A DNA stretch of 64,000 nucleotides, taken from Fistulifera solaris. Taxonomy: Eukaryota. The notes beneath the pieces were generated by a model. That model worked only from the letters and a program-made list of their open reading frames with translations, ran no database searches and was not told the DNA's origin. Of this stretch, positions 21,388 through 33,090 are shown in pieces. Position 1 is the stretch's first letter, and each line of letters begins with the position of its first letter. The translations under genes and the position numbers were made by a program. The stretch lies in contig AP026144.1 in assembly GCA_030295235.1 (NCBI GenBank), positions 62,001-126,000 on the forward strand, written 5' to 3'.

Positions 21388-22009
21388 AGAAGAATGAAAG
21401 GAAAGGCCGATTATTACAGACAGAGACTTGACAACACGTAGAGAGTATTGAGAAGTTGATGTTTTTGTTGATCGTTTCTACAAGAGTACGACGTATAGGA
21501 CTTTCTCAATGTTTTTTTTTGAATGGCTCTTCGATCGTACTAGGTATGTGCGTCGCACGTACCTCTTGTCTCTTGTCTCCATAGCGAAGGTATCGAAGGT
21601 CCAAAAGTTCTAAATAGGCGAATCTCGACCGTAGGCTTACGAACTAAACTAAATAAACATTAGCTCTAGCTGACTGATACCCAAGGTTTTCTTCATTTAT
21701 CGTACCAGATAAAATCTAGGAGTATCAGGTAGACTGCTTACTTTCATTTAGACAAGAGTTATGATTGGTTTCGCGCTAGCCTTTGCAAAATGGTGTCCGA
21801 CTTTATAGTATGGACACCTATGAATTGTGAAGTTTGATAGTGCGGCATTGATCACCTAAAGAACACGTCATGGCGATGAATCAGAGACTCGGCGCCAACA
21901 TCTTTCTCTTTCTTTCGTCTCAAGCAACAGATATTGTTTGTCATGCTACATGTCTCGAGTTGGTTTCGGTTTCGGTGTCGGTGCCGATCCCGTCCATCCA
22001 AAAACCTCT

Positions 22010-23833
22010 TCAGATGATGGTGTAACCTGTATACAGACTGTACAGAACCAGATTTACTTCATCATCCGGAATACCTGGCATGCAGGGATGACCATCCGGT
22101 GGCTTGGTAATCCAAGGATTATCTGCTCCAAAATAAACACCTATGTCTCGACGCTGTAGCGCCATTAAGATTTGTAGCCATGGATCCACCCCTATTTCTT
22201 GTTTTGCCTGCACTCCATTGGGAAGTATATTTTCAGGTTTCTCCAAACCCATATTCCAAACGAGTGCATTCAAGGTTACCTTCTGTGATATCGACGATAC
22301 ATCATTACCGGCATTATCGGTAAGCTGGAAAAAGTCCGAGTAAATGCGATTGAAAGCATTGGCGCTAAAGTCATTGGGACGAAAGACGTAGTAGACTTCT
22401 ACCAATTGCTGAAAACGGACCATGGCAATGCTGTCGTTGCAGCCATCAATCGTATCACCGGGTACTTGAAGTACGCCGGCGCGATAATACTCGGCCAATT
22501 CGTTCTTATAAACACCGTGACATCGTCCTTTTTGAATCCACTCTGTACTTCGAATAGGTTTGCCGATTTCAGAGAATCCAATTAGTGAATGGTTGCGTCG
22601 TTCCATGGCTGGCAGCGAGACATCTGGACCGGGTTGTTTCGCCAAGAGTTGTGTGATGTCGTCTCGGAAGCCACACGTCATGGCTTCCCACATTTGGCGA
22701 ACATAGGATGATCCGTGAAAGGTTATTCGTATCGGCGAGTTTGGGACCGTGTCACTTGTTGGACTGGGTCGTTGCGCCAGACCTACTGGTCCTCCCAAAG
22801 CATCTGATACACTCCTCAACCGACACGGTTTTGTATTGTTTTCGTACCCTAGATACAAGACGAGTTCATAATCCGAAGCCTCTGGCTTGTCATAATCCGG
22901 TGGATGCGCACAATTGTAACGAGCCTTCATGAGATAGCACGAGAAATGGTCATAACGCGGTTGTGTGCCTGGCAGTACGGGTTGATACGATCCACTAGCT
23001 TTCAAATCAATCATCCCTGTTTCCGAAATGCACTCGGGAAAGTATTCTCGAATGTAGTCCATCGAAGATTGACGTGTTATGTTGTCGTTGTCGGGACGAC
23101 TATTGTCGTTTTCTGATTGAGGTACTTCTTCTTTATCATCGTCTGTTGCCTGAGGTGCTTCCCCTTCGTCGGTTTCTAATTGAGGTGCTTCCCCTTCGTC
23201 GGTTTCTAATTGAGGTGCTTTCCCTTCGTCGGTTTCGAATTGCGGTGCTTTCCCTTCGTCGGTTTCGAATTGCGGTGCTTTCCCTTCGTCGGTTTCTGAG
23301 TATGGTGCTTCCTCTGTGGCTGGTATTTCCACCTCGATGTTTGCAATCTCAATCAATATTTCCTCTGTTTCTGTTAGTTGTACATCTTGTTGAACATTTT
23401 GCTTGACGTGTTGCGCTTCGACGACGTCAAGAAAGTTGTCCTGAATGTAACTCTCTTGAGCCTCGGTGGTAGATTGTGTAGTATCTTCTGTATAAGTCTC
23501 CTTCTCTTCGTTGTTGTTGTTGTGTGAGTCGTCAACTGGGATCGCAGCCATTGTTCTCGTAGGAGTCTGCGTTGTTGTTCGCACATAGTGTATCACTGGC
23601 GTTGGCGACGAATTATCATTAAAATCATCATCCCATATTCTAAGCTTCGTATGATTGTGCCCATCTTGTTTTTGTTGAATGTTTGTTTGAACCGGTATGA
23701 GCTGCTGCCATTGCTCTACGGAGATTTGCGTTAAGCCGAGGCACAGGCACGAAAACAATATTGCCCATTTCCATTTGCTCTTCGAAAACGTTTCCCATAT
23801 CGACGATAATGATGCTTTTTCGATTAACAGCAT
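22010..23833 (-). CDS. Type II membrane protein, TBL/PC-esterase-like; paralog 2, with an acidic repeat stem
   Basis: Same motifs as paralog 1 ('ITFHGSSYVRQMWEAMTCG', 'DGHPCMPGIPD'); first ATG at 23833. Confidence 0.7.
   Translation of the reverse strand: MLLIEKASLSSIWETFSKSKWKWAILFSCLCLGLTQISVEQWQQLIPVQTNIQQKQDGHNHTKLRIWDDDFNDNSSPTPVIHYVRTTTQTPTRTMAAIPVDDSHNNNNEEKETYTEDTTQSTTEAQESYIQDNFLDVVEAQHVKQNVQQDVQLTETEEILIEIANIEVEIPATEEAPYSETDEGKAPQFETDEGKAPQFETDEGKAPQLETDEGEAPQLETDEGEAPQATDDDKEEVPQSENDNSRPDNDNITRQSSMDYIREYFPECISETGMIDLKASGSYQPVLPGTQPRYDHFSCYLMKARYNCAHPPDYDKPEASDYELVLYLGYENNTKPCRLRSVSDALGGPVGLAQRPSPTSDTVPNSPIRITFHGSSYVRQMWEAMTCGFRDDITQLLAKQPGPDVSLPAMERRNHSLIGFSEIGKPIRSTEWIQKGRCHGVYKNELAEYYRAGVLQVPGDTIDGCNDSIAMVRFQQLVEVYYVFRPNDFSANAFNRIYSDFFQLTDNAGNDVSSISQKVTLNALVWNMGLEKPENILPNGVQAKQEIGVDPWLQILMALQRRDIGVYFGADNPWITKPPDGHPCMPGIPDDEVNLVLYSLYTGYTII
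23150..23312 (-). repeat. 30-bp coding tandem repeat (ETDEG[KE]APQ[FL]) x~5
   Basis: GGTGCTT(C/T)CCCTTCGTCGGTTTC recurs with a 30-bp period. Confidence 0.95.
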
Positions 23834-24370
23834 AATAAGCGAAGAATAATAACTCTTTTGGCTTTTTAATTGCGACAAGAGGAAGGAATGGAGTCGATAA
23901 TACTCGCACAACAAGCCAATGAACATGAAGAGTGTGTGAGAGGCGTTTTGCCCCCATTAACTTGTACCTGGTACCGTAACATAAATTCGCACCACATTGA
24001 TTTTGTGAGAGAACTCGTGACTCGTGACCAACTTCAACGGAAACGCCAACAGAAAGTCACCAGACACAACACTATAGGTAACTTGATCTTAGTGTGACTC
24101 ACTCCTCGAGCAGTACAGTCGCACAAAAACCCTAACCCAAGTGGAGAACCATTGCCTTTCTCAGCATGACGTGGCATCCTGATACTCCGGAGTATGACGT
24201 ATGCATTCACAGGTCGACGTTTTTCCTTTCGCGATTTCCCTCTCAAACCATAGTACTCCGTAAAAGATCAATACGGAGTAAATGATTACAGTATCATTTC
24301 TAGTCCTGTAAAAACGACTACCCCGTATTTCTTTGCCCTTCACAAACTCTATAGAGACGCACAAACGAAG

Positions 24371-25195
24371 ATGAGACAATACCGTTTCCTCGCGCTGCTA
24401 GTCACGCTCGTGCATTGCACCCTGACCAGAGCGTTTTCATCTTTCCCATCATCGACTCCTCATCGGCGAATTAGCATCCAACGATTCGCCGACTCGAAAT
24501 CATCGTTCCTGGAGCGCTTTTCTCTCTCTTCCAAAACACCTTCAACAGAAAAAGACGAGACTTTCGTCAGTACAAGTCAACTGCAATCAACAACAAAAGC
24601 ACCGTCATCACCCTCTCCATATGTTCAATTCGCCCAAACCTATCCCTTTGCCAACAACATACTCATTGCCACCACCAAGACGGCAGCCGCCGATTTCTTG
24701 GCCCAAGTAGTCATTGCGCAAACACCCGTTGCCGAACTCGATCTGCAGCGGTCGTTCTTGTTTTGTTTGTTCGGAGCGCTCTACTTGGGAGGCTTTCAGT
24801 ATTTGTATCAAGTTCAAATATTCAAGAAAATCTTTGATGTAGATCGATTTACTCAACAAACGTGGCAGGAGAAATTACAGGATAAAGAAGGTTTGCAAGC
24901 TCTGGTGGCACAAACTGCTTTGGATTTGACTGTCTTGACTTTGATTTATCTTCCTGCGTTTTACATTTTCAAGGCATCCGTATTTAGTGGATCCAGTGTT
25001 CCGGCGGAGTGGGTTGCCAGTGGTATCGACACATACCAGACAAACTTTGTGAAAGATGAAACGGATTTGATCCGAGTGTGGTTACCAGCAGATCTCGTAT
25101 GTTTTTCGGTTCCTCTGTATTTACGGCTTCCCGTTCGACACATTGTAAGCTTTGTTTGGACCGCTTACTTGTCATTTGCTCGTGGTGGACACTGA
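24371..25195 (+). CDS. Mpv17/PMP22 family membrane protein with a bipartite plastid presequence
   Basis: Signal peptide ending TRA|F, 'ADFLAQ', 'DLQRSFLFCLFG', 'VWLPADLVCFSVPLYLRLPVRHIVSFVWTAYLS'. Confidence 0.88.
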   Translation: MRQYRFLALLVTLVHCTLTRAFSSFPSSTPHRRISIQRFADSKSSFLERFSLSSKTPSTEKDETFVSTSQLQSTTKAPSSPSPYVQFAQTYPFANNILIATTKTAAADFLAQVVIAQTPVAELDLQRSFLFCLFGALYLGGFQYLYQVQIFKKIFDVDRFTQQTWQEKLQDKEGLQALVAQTALDLTVLTLIYLPAFYIFKASVFSGSSVPAEWVASGIDTYQTNFVKDETDLIRVWLPADLVCFSVPLYLRLPVRHIVSFVWTAYLSFARGGH

Positions 25196-25848
25196 TTAAC
25201 GTGGCTTATGTCATATTAGCGGTGATAAGTGGAAATGAAGCCGCGATCGAAAGGGAGCGTCTTGGCCTCGAGTCACCGGCGTTCACCTTAGCTCTTTTCC
25301 CGTCCTACCGGTACTACTCTGCCTACAACTTTGTGTGGATCGACCAAATAATAATGACCAACGCCAACGCATACTTGTCAGTACAGGTAAATTGTAGACT
25401 AATTACCCACATTTTCAAAAAAGCCATACTACAAAATAACCTTCAATTCTTGTTTAACTCAGAGCTTTCGTGAGCGGTATTCCTTTGCATTGTACAGTCT
25501 CTCTTATCCCATCATCATTGTCCGTTGCGATGAACCAGGCTTCTTTTTGGCGGACCCCCAGAACTCGAACGTGAAAGCGCAACCGTGCCATTCAAATAAT
25601 CACACGTCGAAAAAGCCTTGTTTACTTTGTATTCATTAGGTTGGATGTGTTTACAATCACTGCACCTCGTGAACTCGTCATCTCGACTTGAAAGCTCATC
25701 AAAGGTTACAGTGAACGCTGAAAAGGTTAGAGAAATCGAGCACTTTATGCAATTGAAGTGAGAGTGAAACACGTTTTTGATTTTCGAATTACTTTCCTTC
25801 CTCATTCCGCATACGTTCGTCGACGGACCGGCCCAATATTAAGAAACA

Positions 25849-28422
25849 ATGGGTAATACTCCCAGTAGTAGCGGAAAGCGCGGAAAGAAGGGTAGTCGGT
25901 CTTCTGCAGGTACTTCCGTGGAGGAGGTTGCTGCTCGAGCGCAACAAGTTGCCGCCGATTTGCATGCGGGCATTCGCAACGGGCTAAAAAATCTGGAGGA
26001 GAACGATCATCCCGCCGCTCAAATGATCGATCAAATGTGTGGGCCGTATTTAGATCCTCACTCATCCAATTCACGTCGTCGACGACCTGTATACGAATCG
26101 TCATCGGAAGAGGAATCGGAGTTAGATTCACGAGCTGTTTCGGAAGATGAAACAACATTGACCAATGACTACAAACATCGAAAGAGTCGACGACCGCGAG
26201 GAAGGCACGAAACAGAAACGTTAGAGTCGGCATCGTACATATCTCAGTCCGAATATGATGAAAGTACTTATGCTGACAGGACGAAAGATTCAAGGCAGAC
26301 AAAGTCCGAAATCGATGAACAACCCCGCCGTGGAAATCCCTCCAGTCCAATGCAGCAACCACTTGCCAGTTCGTTTGCCAAGAGATGTTATTTTACGAAA
26401 GCTGGTATTGGGTCTTCAACGCAACACTACGAAGGATTGACACTAACTGGCAATGTTGTCTTGATGTTAGCTGGCGCGATGAAACTGAAAGGGTGTCCGA
26501 CCATTTGTGATGAAGATTTGAGACGAGTCGAACAAACATACCCAAACCAATTTTCAAGGTTACCTGATGAGTTGCTTCTCAGTAGCGGATGGAGGAGAAT
26601 CAGCAAGTATTGTCATTTTTCCGGCAAACCTATTCCGGACGGTGTTCCCTTTTTCGTGAGTTCGTAAGAGTTTGTCTTGATTTCGTGACGGCGTTAGCCT
26701 AACTCCTCATACTTTTCTTGTCCGGTACAAAGATTCGACGAAACGGCTTCACCCTTTGGGAGGATATTATTTTCTCTTGGCTTCCGCTGTAGGAATGATT
26801 CGGCCGGACGACGTCGAACCTTTAAATCGGGATACTCTTGTTTTGCTCGAAACGGATTATCCGGCTGCTTGCGATGCTGCACCAGCTATCTTGATTCAAG
26901 ATCCTTCCCAGTGGGCGTTGGTGGATAGGTTTTGTTTCTTTTCGGGCGGGCCGATCAATTCCGATGAAGATGTGTATTATCAAGCCGACTTTGATGGAAG
27001 TCTCATCTTTATGCTGGCTTTTCTATCACCTTCTTTGACTGCCGAAGAGCTCTATAAATTAGACGCACCTGTTGATGAAAGTCTTCAAACGGTTGAGATG
27101 GTAGAACAAGTTGAGTCGATTTACGACCTCACCGAAAGAGATTTTGAAGATCTAAAGCTCTATCACCTCGGACCGTGTCGAGCATTGTGAGTGTATCTGC
27201 CTGGTAACTACATCATATTTGCAGTTCTATGTTGCTCACGGATCGATCAACGTTTTTCGACAGGCCGCCATTTCTGCTACAGCCTCATGCGTGGAGCAAA
27301 GTTCTTCCCCCACACTTTTTAGAAGCAAAGCGAATTGCATTGCAACGTGCTGCAGATTTCGAATCGTACATGCGCCAGACTTCGAATCGACCTGCTTCTC
27401 CGTATGATGAATTTGCCAGCGACTCACGAGAACAACCTTTCTCAACCAACGCAGAATCTTCGCCCCTTGCACAAATCGACTTCAACGAGGAGGAACATTA
27501 TAACCCGGAAACGAATAACGCCTTACATCACAGACATGATGCAGTAAGATACGATGTACCACCACCTCCCCCATCGCCAAGGAAACATGCCGGGGGAGCA
27601 TATTTACCACACCGTCCTCCTCCAAGTTCACCCGAGTCCACAGACGTTGCGGACTACGCCCACAACTCACAGACGATGGATGATCGAAAGATTGCAATGC
27701 ATAAATATGACGACTCAGCAGTTCCAATGGATGAAGCCCTTGATAGCCTCGGTTCTCGTGTCCGTGGATTTGATCCTCCCGAAGACGAGCCTCCAAGCCT
27801 GAAAAAGAATGTAACTGGACTAGGCTATATTGACACTCAATATTATGTAACTCCAATGGACGAAGAACCGAGATCTCCAGTCACTGACGATTTTGTGAGC
27901 CCGGTTTCAATTGAAACGTATGACGAACACATTCCCAGTCCGGATATAGGCCGTCCTCCCAAGAAGTCAGAAATCGACAGGTCCAAGTCGACATCTCCTG
28001 CAATGCGAGGTGCTCAAGAAATGCTTAAAAGAAATCGACAGCGAAGGTCGTTAGAAACAGCAAAAAAGAAAGAGAGAGAAAGTCGAAAGGACATTATTAT
28101 ACCTGAAAAGCCGAACGACGCGTATGGAACTAAGGATCGTTATGATACGCCCAAGAGTCCCGAGTCGGGCACAACATGGGAAACAGGGTCGGAGGGGACT
28201 TCTATGGATGGTTCGACTTGGACGGATGACAACAATCCTGACCGCAGTTCGCGAAGGGCCCTCATTCTACAAATGGCGAAAGCTCGCATGAGAAATAACC
28301 AACTGCATCAATATTCGCCCGAAGATGGGTCGCCGACAGCAGAGTCGCGTGAGATGGAAGAAGAGAAGAAAAACGATATTGGTCAACCGGATGACATTGA
28401 TCTGACTGGAGACTTGGACTGA
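25849..28422 (+). CDS. Hypothetical protein with repeated C[YFH]F[ST] modules, 3 exons (introns ~26656-26732 and 27187-27263)
   Basis: GT-AG introns link ORFs 25849.., 26756.. and 27229..; the first junction needs one extra T in 26650-26654. N-terminus MGNTPS resembles a myristoylation site. Shares motifs with 30224..31702. Confidence 0.75.
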
Positions 28423-29487
28423 TCTCTAGTGGTTGGTCTATGATCTATGATGTTACAATGCTGGATGCCGGATACCAGACAGAGGTAGCGGGGGTCGCTG
28501 TCCGGTGGTGCACGGGATGAACCTTACTACGCATTTATTTGACGAAACAACTTTGCTTGAACAACCGTACATGATGGTGGACCAAAATGAACTTTACTTG
28601 TTTCAGATGCTGATGTTCTATACGCTTAATTAAATAAAAAGCATCTTATTAAACGTATCAATTGTTGGCGACCTCATCTGCATGAAAAAATCATCGTTTT
28701 AAGATTATATACTTGCAACCTTTTGAACTAAGCGAATTCATTTCTCAAATCATTTTTAGATGGTCACGATAATAGTTTCTGTTATCAATCTGCTTCATTC
28801 GAATTGAGGAAAACTGGCGATTATTCCCACTATTGTTGAATACGGTGTTCCGCAAGGGAGACTTGACGGATCACAGACGAGCCCTGTTCACCTTGAAACA
28901 TCCCAGGTGTACAACAGACGCACTAAGGTCAACATCCACAAGTCCTCCACCTCGAGACAGCTAGAAAATCAGGGACAACCTATCTAAAGATCTAATGATT
29001 TGGCCAGTGCCGCATTCGAACATTTTTATCTATAGCGCGTCAATTTTTCTCAATTGATCAGTACCAGGTACCAGATGACACTTTCTTCTTTTTCTCGCGT
29101 TCCTTTTCATGACCACCCCTTTCTCACTTTTTTTGCTCTCTCTGCATTCTCTCGCGAAAACGTACGGAGAAATGTGCCATCAACTTTTCAGAAAAAGAGA
29201 TTATTTGCTTGCACCAAGTCAAAAACCATACTTCGGAGTAATATACTATCAATGGTCGCTGAACAAGAGGAAAAACCATGAAGCACGCAAGAAAAACTTC
29301 TTTTCTGTGGGGGTTTTCATGCTTGCGTCGCGGTATAGCACCTCCCCCGCCATCATTGAGGGTGAGTATGATGTACTCGTTCATGGTTCATCCACTCTTT
29401 TTTTGCTGTTATTTCTTACATGGACACAGATTGCTTCCTCTTTTCCCCTAGATAGGAAGCATCGATGACGACCTTACTAAATTCAAC

Positions 29488-30009
29488 GTGGGCGAAGGAA
29501 ATACCGACGAGACAGACAGCTTGAACGTCATTTACATTAGGGACACCTCGGGCACCTTGGATGGTGTGTCGAATAATCCCACACATACAGCAGCGTCCAA
29601 ATTTTACATGTTTTCGATTCTAGCGCCTGGCTGCGCATCACAGGGCGATCCGGTGGTTCAATTGGATACGACTTACGATAACGATGGTCATTTGACCCGA
29701 ACGGGTAGCGTGGAGCTGCACCTCGCTGTACAAGCTTGGGAAAACACCGTTTATGATCTTAACCAAAATCAATCGCAGTTTGCTCTCTGTCTTCAAGCTG
29801 ACATTGTCATGCTTAATAGTGAACTCAACACGGTGTTACTTGAACAGAAAATGTTTGAGTTTGTTGTCACCATTCTTCTTCCAACCTTTGATTTCGACGA
29901 GCCTAATTTAGATGACAATGGAAAGTTTGTGTTTCGGCTTCCCTGTGTCGGAAACAGGCGAAAAAAACGGCGAAGTTATAAAGTGCATTCAGTTGTCGTT
30001 GCTCTTTGA
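29488..30009 (+). CDS. Hypothetical exon or gene remnant
   Basis: 173-aa open frame with globular, beta-rich composition; possible upstream intron near 29362-29450; no family recognised. Confidence 0.3.
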   Translation: MGEGNTDETDSLNVIYIRDTSGTLDGVSNNPTHTAASKFYMFSILAPGCASQGDPVVQLDTTYDNDGHLTRTGSVELHLAVQAWENTVYDLNQNQSQFALCLQADIVMLNSELNTVLLEQKMFEFVVTILLPTFDFDEPNLDDNGKFVFRLPCVGNRRKKRRSYKVHSVVVAL

Positions 30010-30223
30010 CTAATAGTGGGGGTCATTCGACGTATCGCTCTTCGCCACTTGTCGGTTGGTGCAAATCCTCAATTTAGCGTATGTGGGTCGACTGTGTGAA
30101 ATGGCTAATTTATTAGTTGTACATTCGAATCCCGATACAATGAGTTGAACCTCCAGGTATTAATTCTCTTTTCGAAAAGATAAATTTTCCTCAAACGCGA
30201 AACATCGAACCTTTCCAGCTAGT

Positions 30224-31702
30224 CTAGACTTCAGGGGCCACGCGCTCCCAATTTTCTCTTTGAAATACTCTATCATCAAGTTTATCGCATTGTTGAGTAT
30301 AGTTTTGTCGCAAATATTGTAAAACTGTCCGATTGGGAAGGGAAAGAATTTCCGCTGATGTTGTTGAAGCTTCCATAACTTCATGTGATAGCGCAATCTC
30401 TTCTCCGTACACGGCTTCGGCCACGGAGTCTCGCACTTTGTAATGCAGTTCGCCATCTTCGATAGGCAGACCGGAAAAGAAACAGAACTTGACGTAGAGC
30501 TTCCACACACTCGCATCTCGTACTTGTACAGGCAACGTTTCAAATTGATCTCCATACATATGCGCCATTTGTTGCAGCAAGCACTTATCGGCAGGAGGTA
30601 ATATCTGTAGCAGCATACCACGATCCAAATTCCAGTTTGGATCTAAATCACCGTCAACACTCATGGACAAGTCATCCAAACTACTCATTCGACTGGCGCG
30701 ACTTCCCCCATAACTTTTGCTCGTTACACTCCTGCTCGTTACACTCTCCGTGCCTTTGCGTGATCCATTACTGCCGCTCAATAGCCACGAACGACGACTG
30801 CTACTCGATGGTTTAGCGCACTGGCGTGCCTTCTCAGGATCCGGTAAGTTCAATGCCGAAGGTAAACAAAAAACCACCAACGTTCGCAGACCTTGTTCCA
30901 CCGAACCAGCGTAGAAGGGAGTTCCGTCCATGATGAGTTTACCCGTAAAGTAACAGCGACGATTGCCGCCTCGACCTGTTTGTTGATGATGTTTCCCCAC
31001 CGCGTAATACGCCATGCGGCGCTGTGGCTTGGAGGGCGGTTCGTTCTTTTGTGTAGGTAGAGTCGCCGTATAACAAGAACGCATCGTGAGTTCACTAATG
31101 TTCCGCTCCATTGGGAGTGTCTGATCTTGACGGACGTGCAGAGTTTCGAGTGGAACCCGCTGTCGCTTTTCGGCCTTGGGATCCTCTTGTGGAGTCCCCT
31201 CCATCGCAGCATGCGTCGGACGAACCGAATCGCAGTTGGATACTTTCGCATTCATGGAGAGGCTGTTCAAGGAAGCCTCAGCGGTCGGTTGTTTGGATAA
31301 CGCACTGTCGTTTGGCTTGAGATCGGTGCGATGAAAAACTTCGTCTTTCGAACTAACGGCGACGACAGGAGGCTCGTTCGGAACTTCCCACAAATGACAA
31401 GGTGATATTGTACACGCATTATTCACCATATCATTCCATCGTTGCTGGAACTGTTCAGTCGACCACATAGATTGCTTCCAGAAGGAGGAAGACGGAGAAG
31501 ATTCTTCCGAGCCAGCCTGATTCGGGTTTGTGTCACCAGATCCTTGCGAAAACTCATTTTGTGCTTGCCGTATCTCGTCTTCCATTTTACGATCAGTGCT
31601 TGTTTTTATTTTGTTATCATTAAGAACGGCGGAAGCTGATACATCCTGCGGATTCACAATAGGATTGGCTATTGTTTGCATGCTCAGAGTGTTGCTTTGC
31701 AA
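30224..31702 (-). CDS. Hypothetical protein with C[YF]F[ST]G modules, related to 25849..28422
   Basis: 'RRCYFTGKLIMDGTPFY' and 'WKLYVKFCFFSGLPIEDGELHY'; intact 492-aa ORF. Confidence 0.8.
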   Translation of the reverse strand: MQSNTLSMQTIANPIVNPQDVSASAVLNDNKIKTSTDRKMEDEIRQAQNEFSQGSGDTNPNQAGSEESSPSSSFWKQSMWSTEQFQQRWNDMVNNACTISPCHLWEVPNEPPVVAVSSKDEVFHRTDLKPNDSALSKQPTAEASLNSLSMNAKVSNCDSVRPTHAAMEGTPQEDPKAEKRQRVPLETLHVRQDQTLPMERNISELTMRSCYTATLPTQKNEPPSKPQRRMAYYAVGKHHQQTGRGGNRRCYFTGKLIMDGTPFYAGSVEQGLRTLVVFCLPSALNLPDPEKARQCAKPSSSSRRSWLLSGSNGSRKGTESVTSRSVTSKSYGGSRASRMSSLDDLSMSVDGDLDPNWNLDRGMLLQILPPADKCLLQQMAHMYGDQFETLPVQVRDASVWKLYVKFCFFSGLPIEDGELHYKVRDSVAEAVYGEEIALSHEVMEASTTSAEILSLPNRTVLQYLRQNYTQQCDKLDDRVFQRENWERVAPEV

Positions 31703-32214
31703 TAAACGACTTATGCTTTTATTCGTCAGATGCTTTCTTTACGCGCTCGTCTTTCTGTTTTGAAGGGAATTGCGTAAGTTCGTTAATAGAGAAAGGGTTT
31801 GAGAAGTATTGTTTTAAGGTTGCCACAACTCTAGGGTCTCGTTGCAAGTAAGAGGATACGAAAAGGAATTATGCAACTTGCGTGTTTTTGTGCGTGCGAT
31901 GAGGATTATTATTTTATGGAAGAGAAGTTGCTGGGTCAAATAATTGAAGGGAGGATGCGCGATGCGCACGGCAACGCCAGCAAAATCCTCTTCTCTAACT
32001 AAATCTCCGTTGTCATTAGTATATAACTGAATGTTCATGGAAAACGGAAAAGAAGTGCACAGGTTTGGTAATGCAGAATATCCGGACGAGGTTCTTGCCC
32101 CTACATATTTGTATTAGGTGGGTCTTGGAGGCTATGAAAGACTCGGAAAACCGTTGGAGACGTTAAAATTAAATCTAGAGGGTGACGCACCAACAGCAAA
32201 AAAATAGTTAGGTG

Positions 32215-33090
32215 TTATTTCAGATCAAAGCAATCATGGAACAAATATATATAGTTTAGATCATAGTCCTCGACGAAAAAAAAATCATTTTGTGCCGGTT
32301 GCGAAGGTGACAGAAAAGTAGCAAGTTCTTCATCATCCAGATAACGCCATTTCCCTGAAGGCAATCCTCCCAATACACATGTTCCAATCCGCACGCGCTT
32401 CAGCGCTTCTACGTGCCATCCTACTGCGGCGCACATGCGTCGAAGATGGTGATGTTTACCGGCGTGCAAAACAAAATGGATTTGGTGCTCATTCAAGACC
32501 TCGACACTCACAACTTCCAGAAAGTCTCCACGATCTTGTATTCCTTGACGCAACGAATGAAGGCGCTCTTGTGTTTGATCAAAATGCAGCACGTCAGACG
32601 ATGGATCTCGTACGCGGACTAAATATTCCTTTTCGACTCGACTGTTTGGTCCAATCACGGCTTTCGCCAGCGCACCTTGCTGTGTAAATAATAGCAAACC
32701 ACTCGAATTCAAATCGAGTCGACCTGCTACCGCCAAATTGGATAAATTCCTTGGAGCTTTTCTCTGTTGTGGCTGCTGTGGTTTTGATTTCATATATTTC
32801 CATTCATTTTCGTTTGTCAACAGTTGGATACTCGGCTTGGTCGAAGGATTCGGTTGCGACGACACGTATCCGACTGGTTTGTGCAAAACAAGAGAAACTT
32901 TCTGCTGTATATCACGCCACGCGGCAGGCAAAAATTCCCATTTCGTGTCAGAAGGAACTTGGAGACCAGGATGCAAAGCTTGTGTGGGTGCGTCGACAAA
33001 ACGGATCCATCCGTTTTGTATATATTGATCCGCTTGTCGCCGTGAACACAGACCGCTTGCAGCAATAAGTTTGTTAACGCGAATTGACAT
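32215..33090 (-). CDS. RsuA/RluB/RluE/RluF-family pseudouridine synthase with S4 domain
   Basis: 'IRVNKLIAASGLCSRRQAD', 'LHKPVGYVS', catalytic 'AGRLDLNSSGLLLFT', 'VEKEYLVRV', 'LKRVRIG', 'LPSGKWRYL'. Confidence 0.93.
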   Translation of the reverse strand: MSIRVNKLIAASGLCSRRQADQYIQNGWIRFVDAPTQALHPGLQVPSDTKWEFLPAAWRDIQQKVSLVLHKPVGYVSSQPNPSTKPSIQLLTNENEWKYMKSKPQQPQQRKAPRNLSNLAVAGRLDLNSSGLLLFTQQGALAKAVIGPNSRVEKEYLVRVRDPSSDVLHFDQTQERLHSLRQGIQDRGDFLEVVSVEVLNEHQIHFVLHAGKHHHLRRMCAAVGWHVEALKRVRIGTCVLGGLPSGKWRYLDDEELATFLSPSQPAQNDFFFVEDYDLNYIYLFHDCFDLK

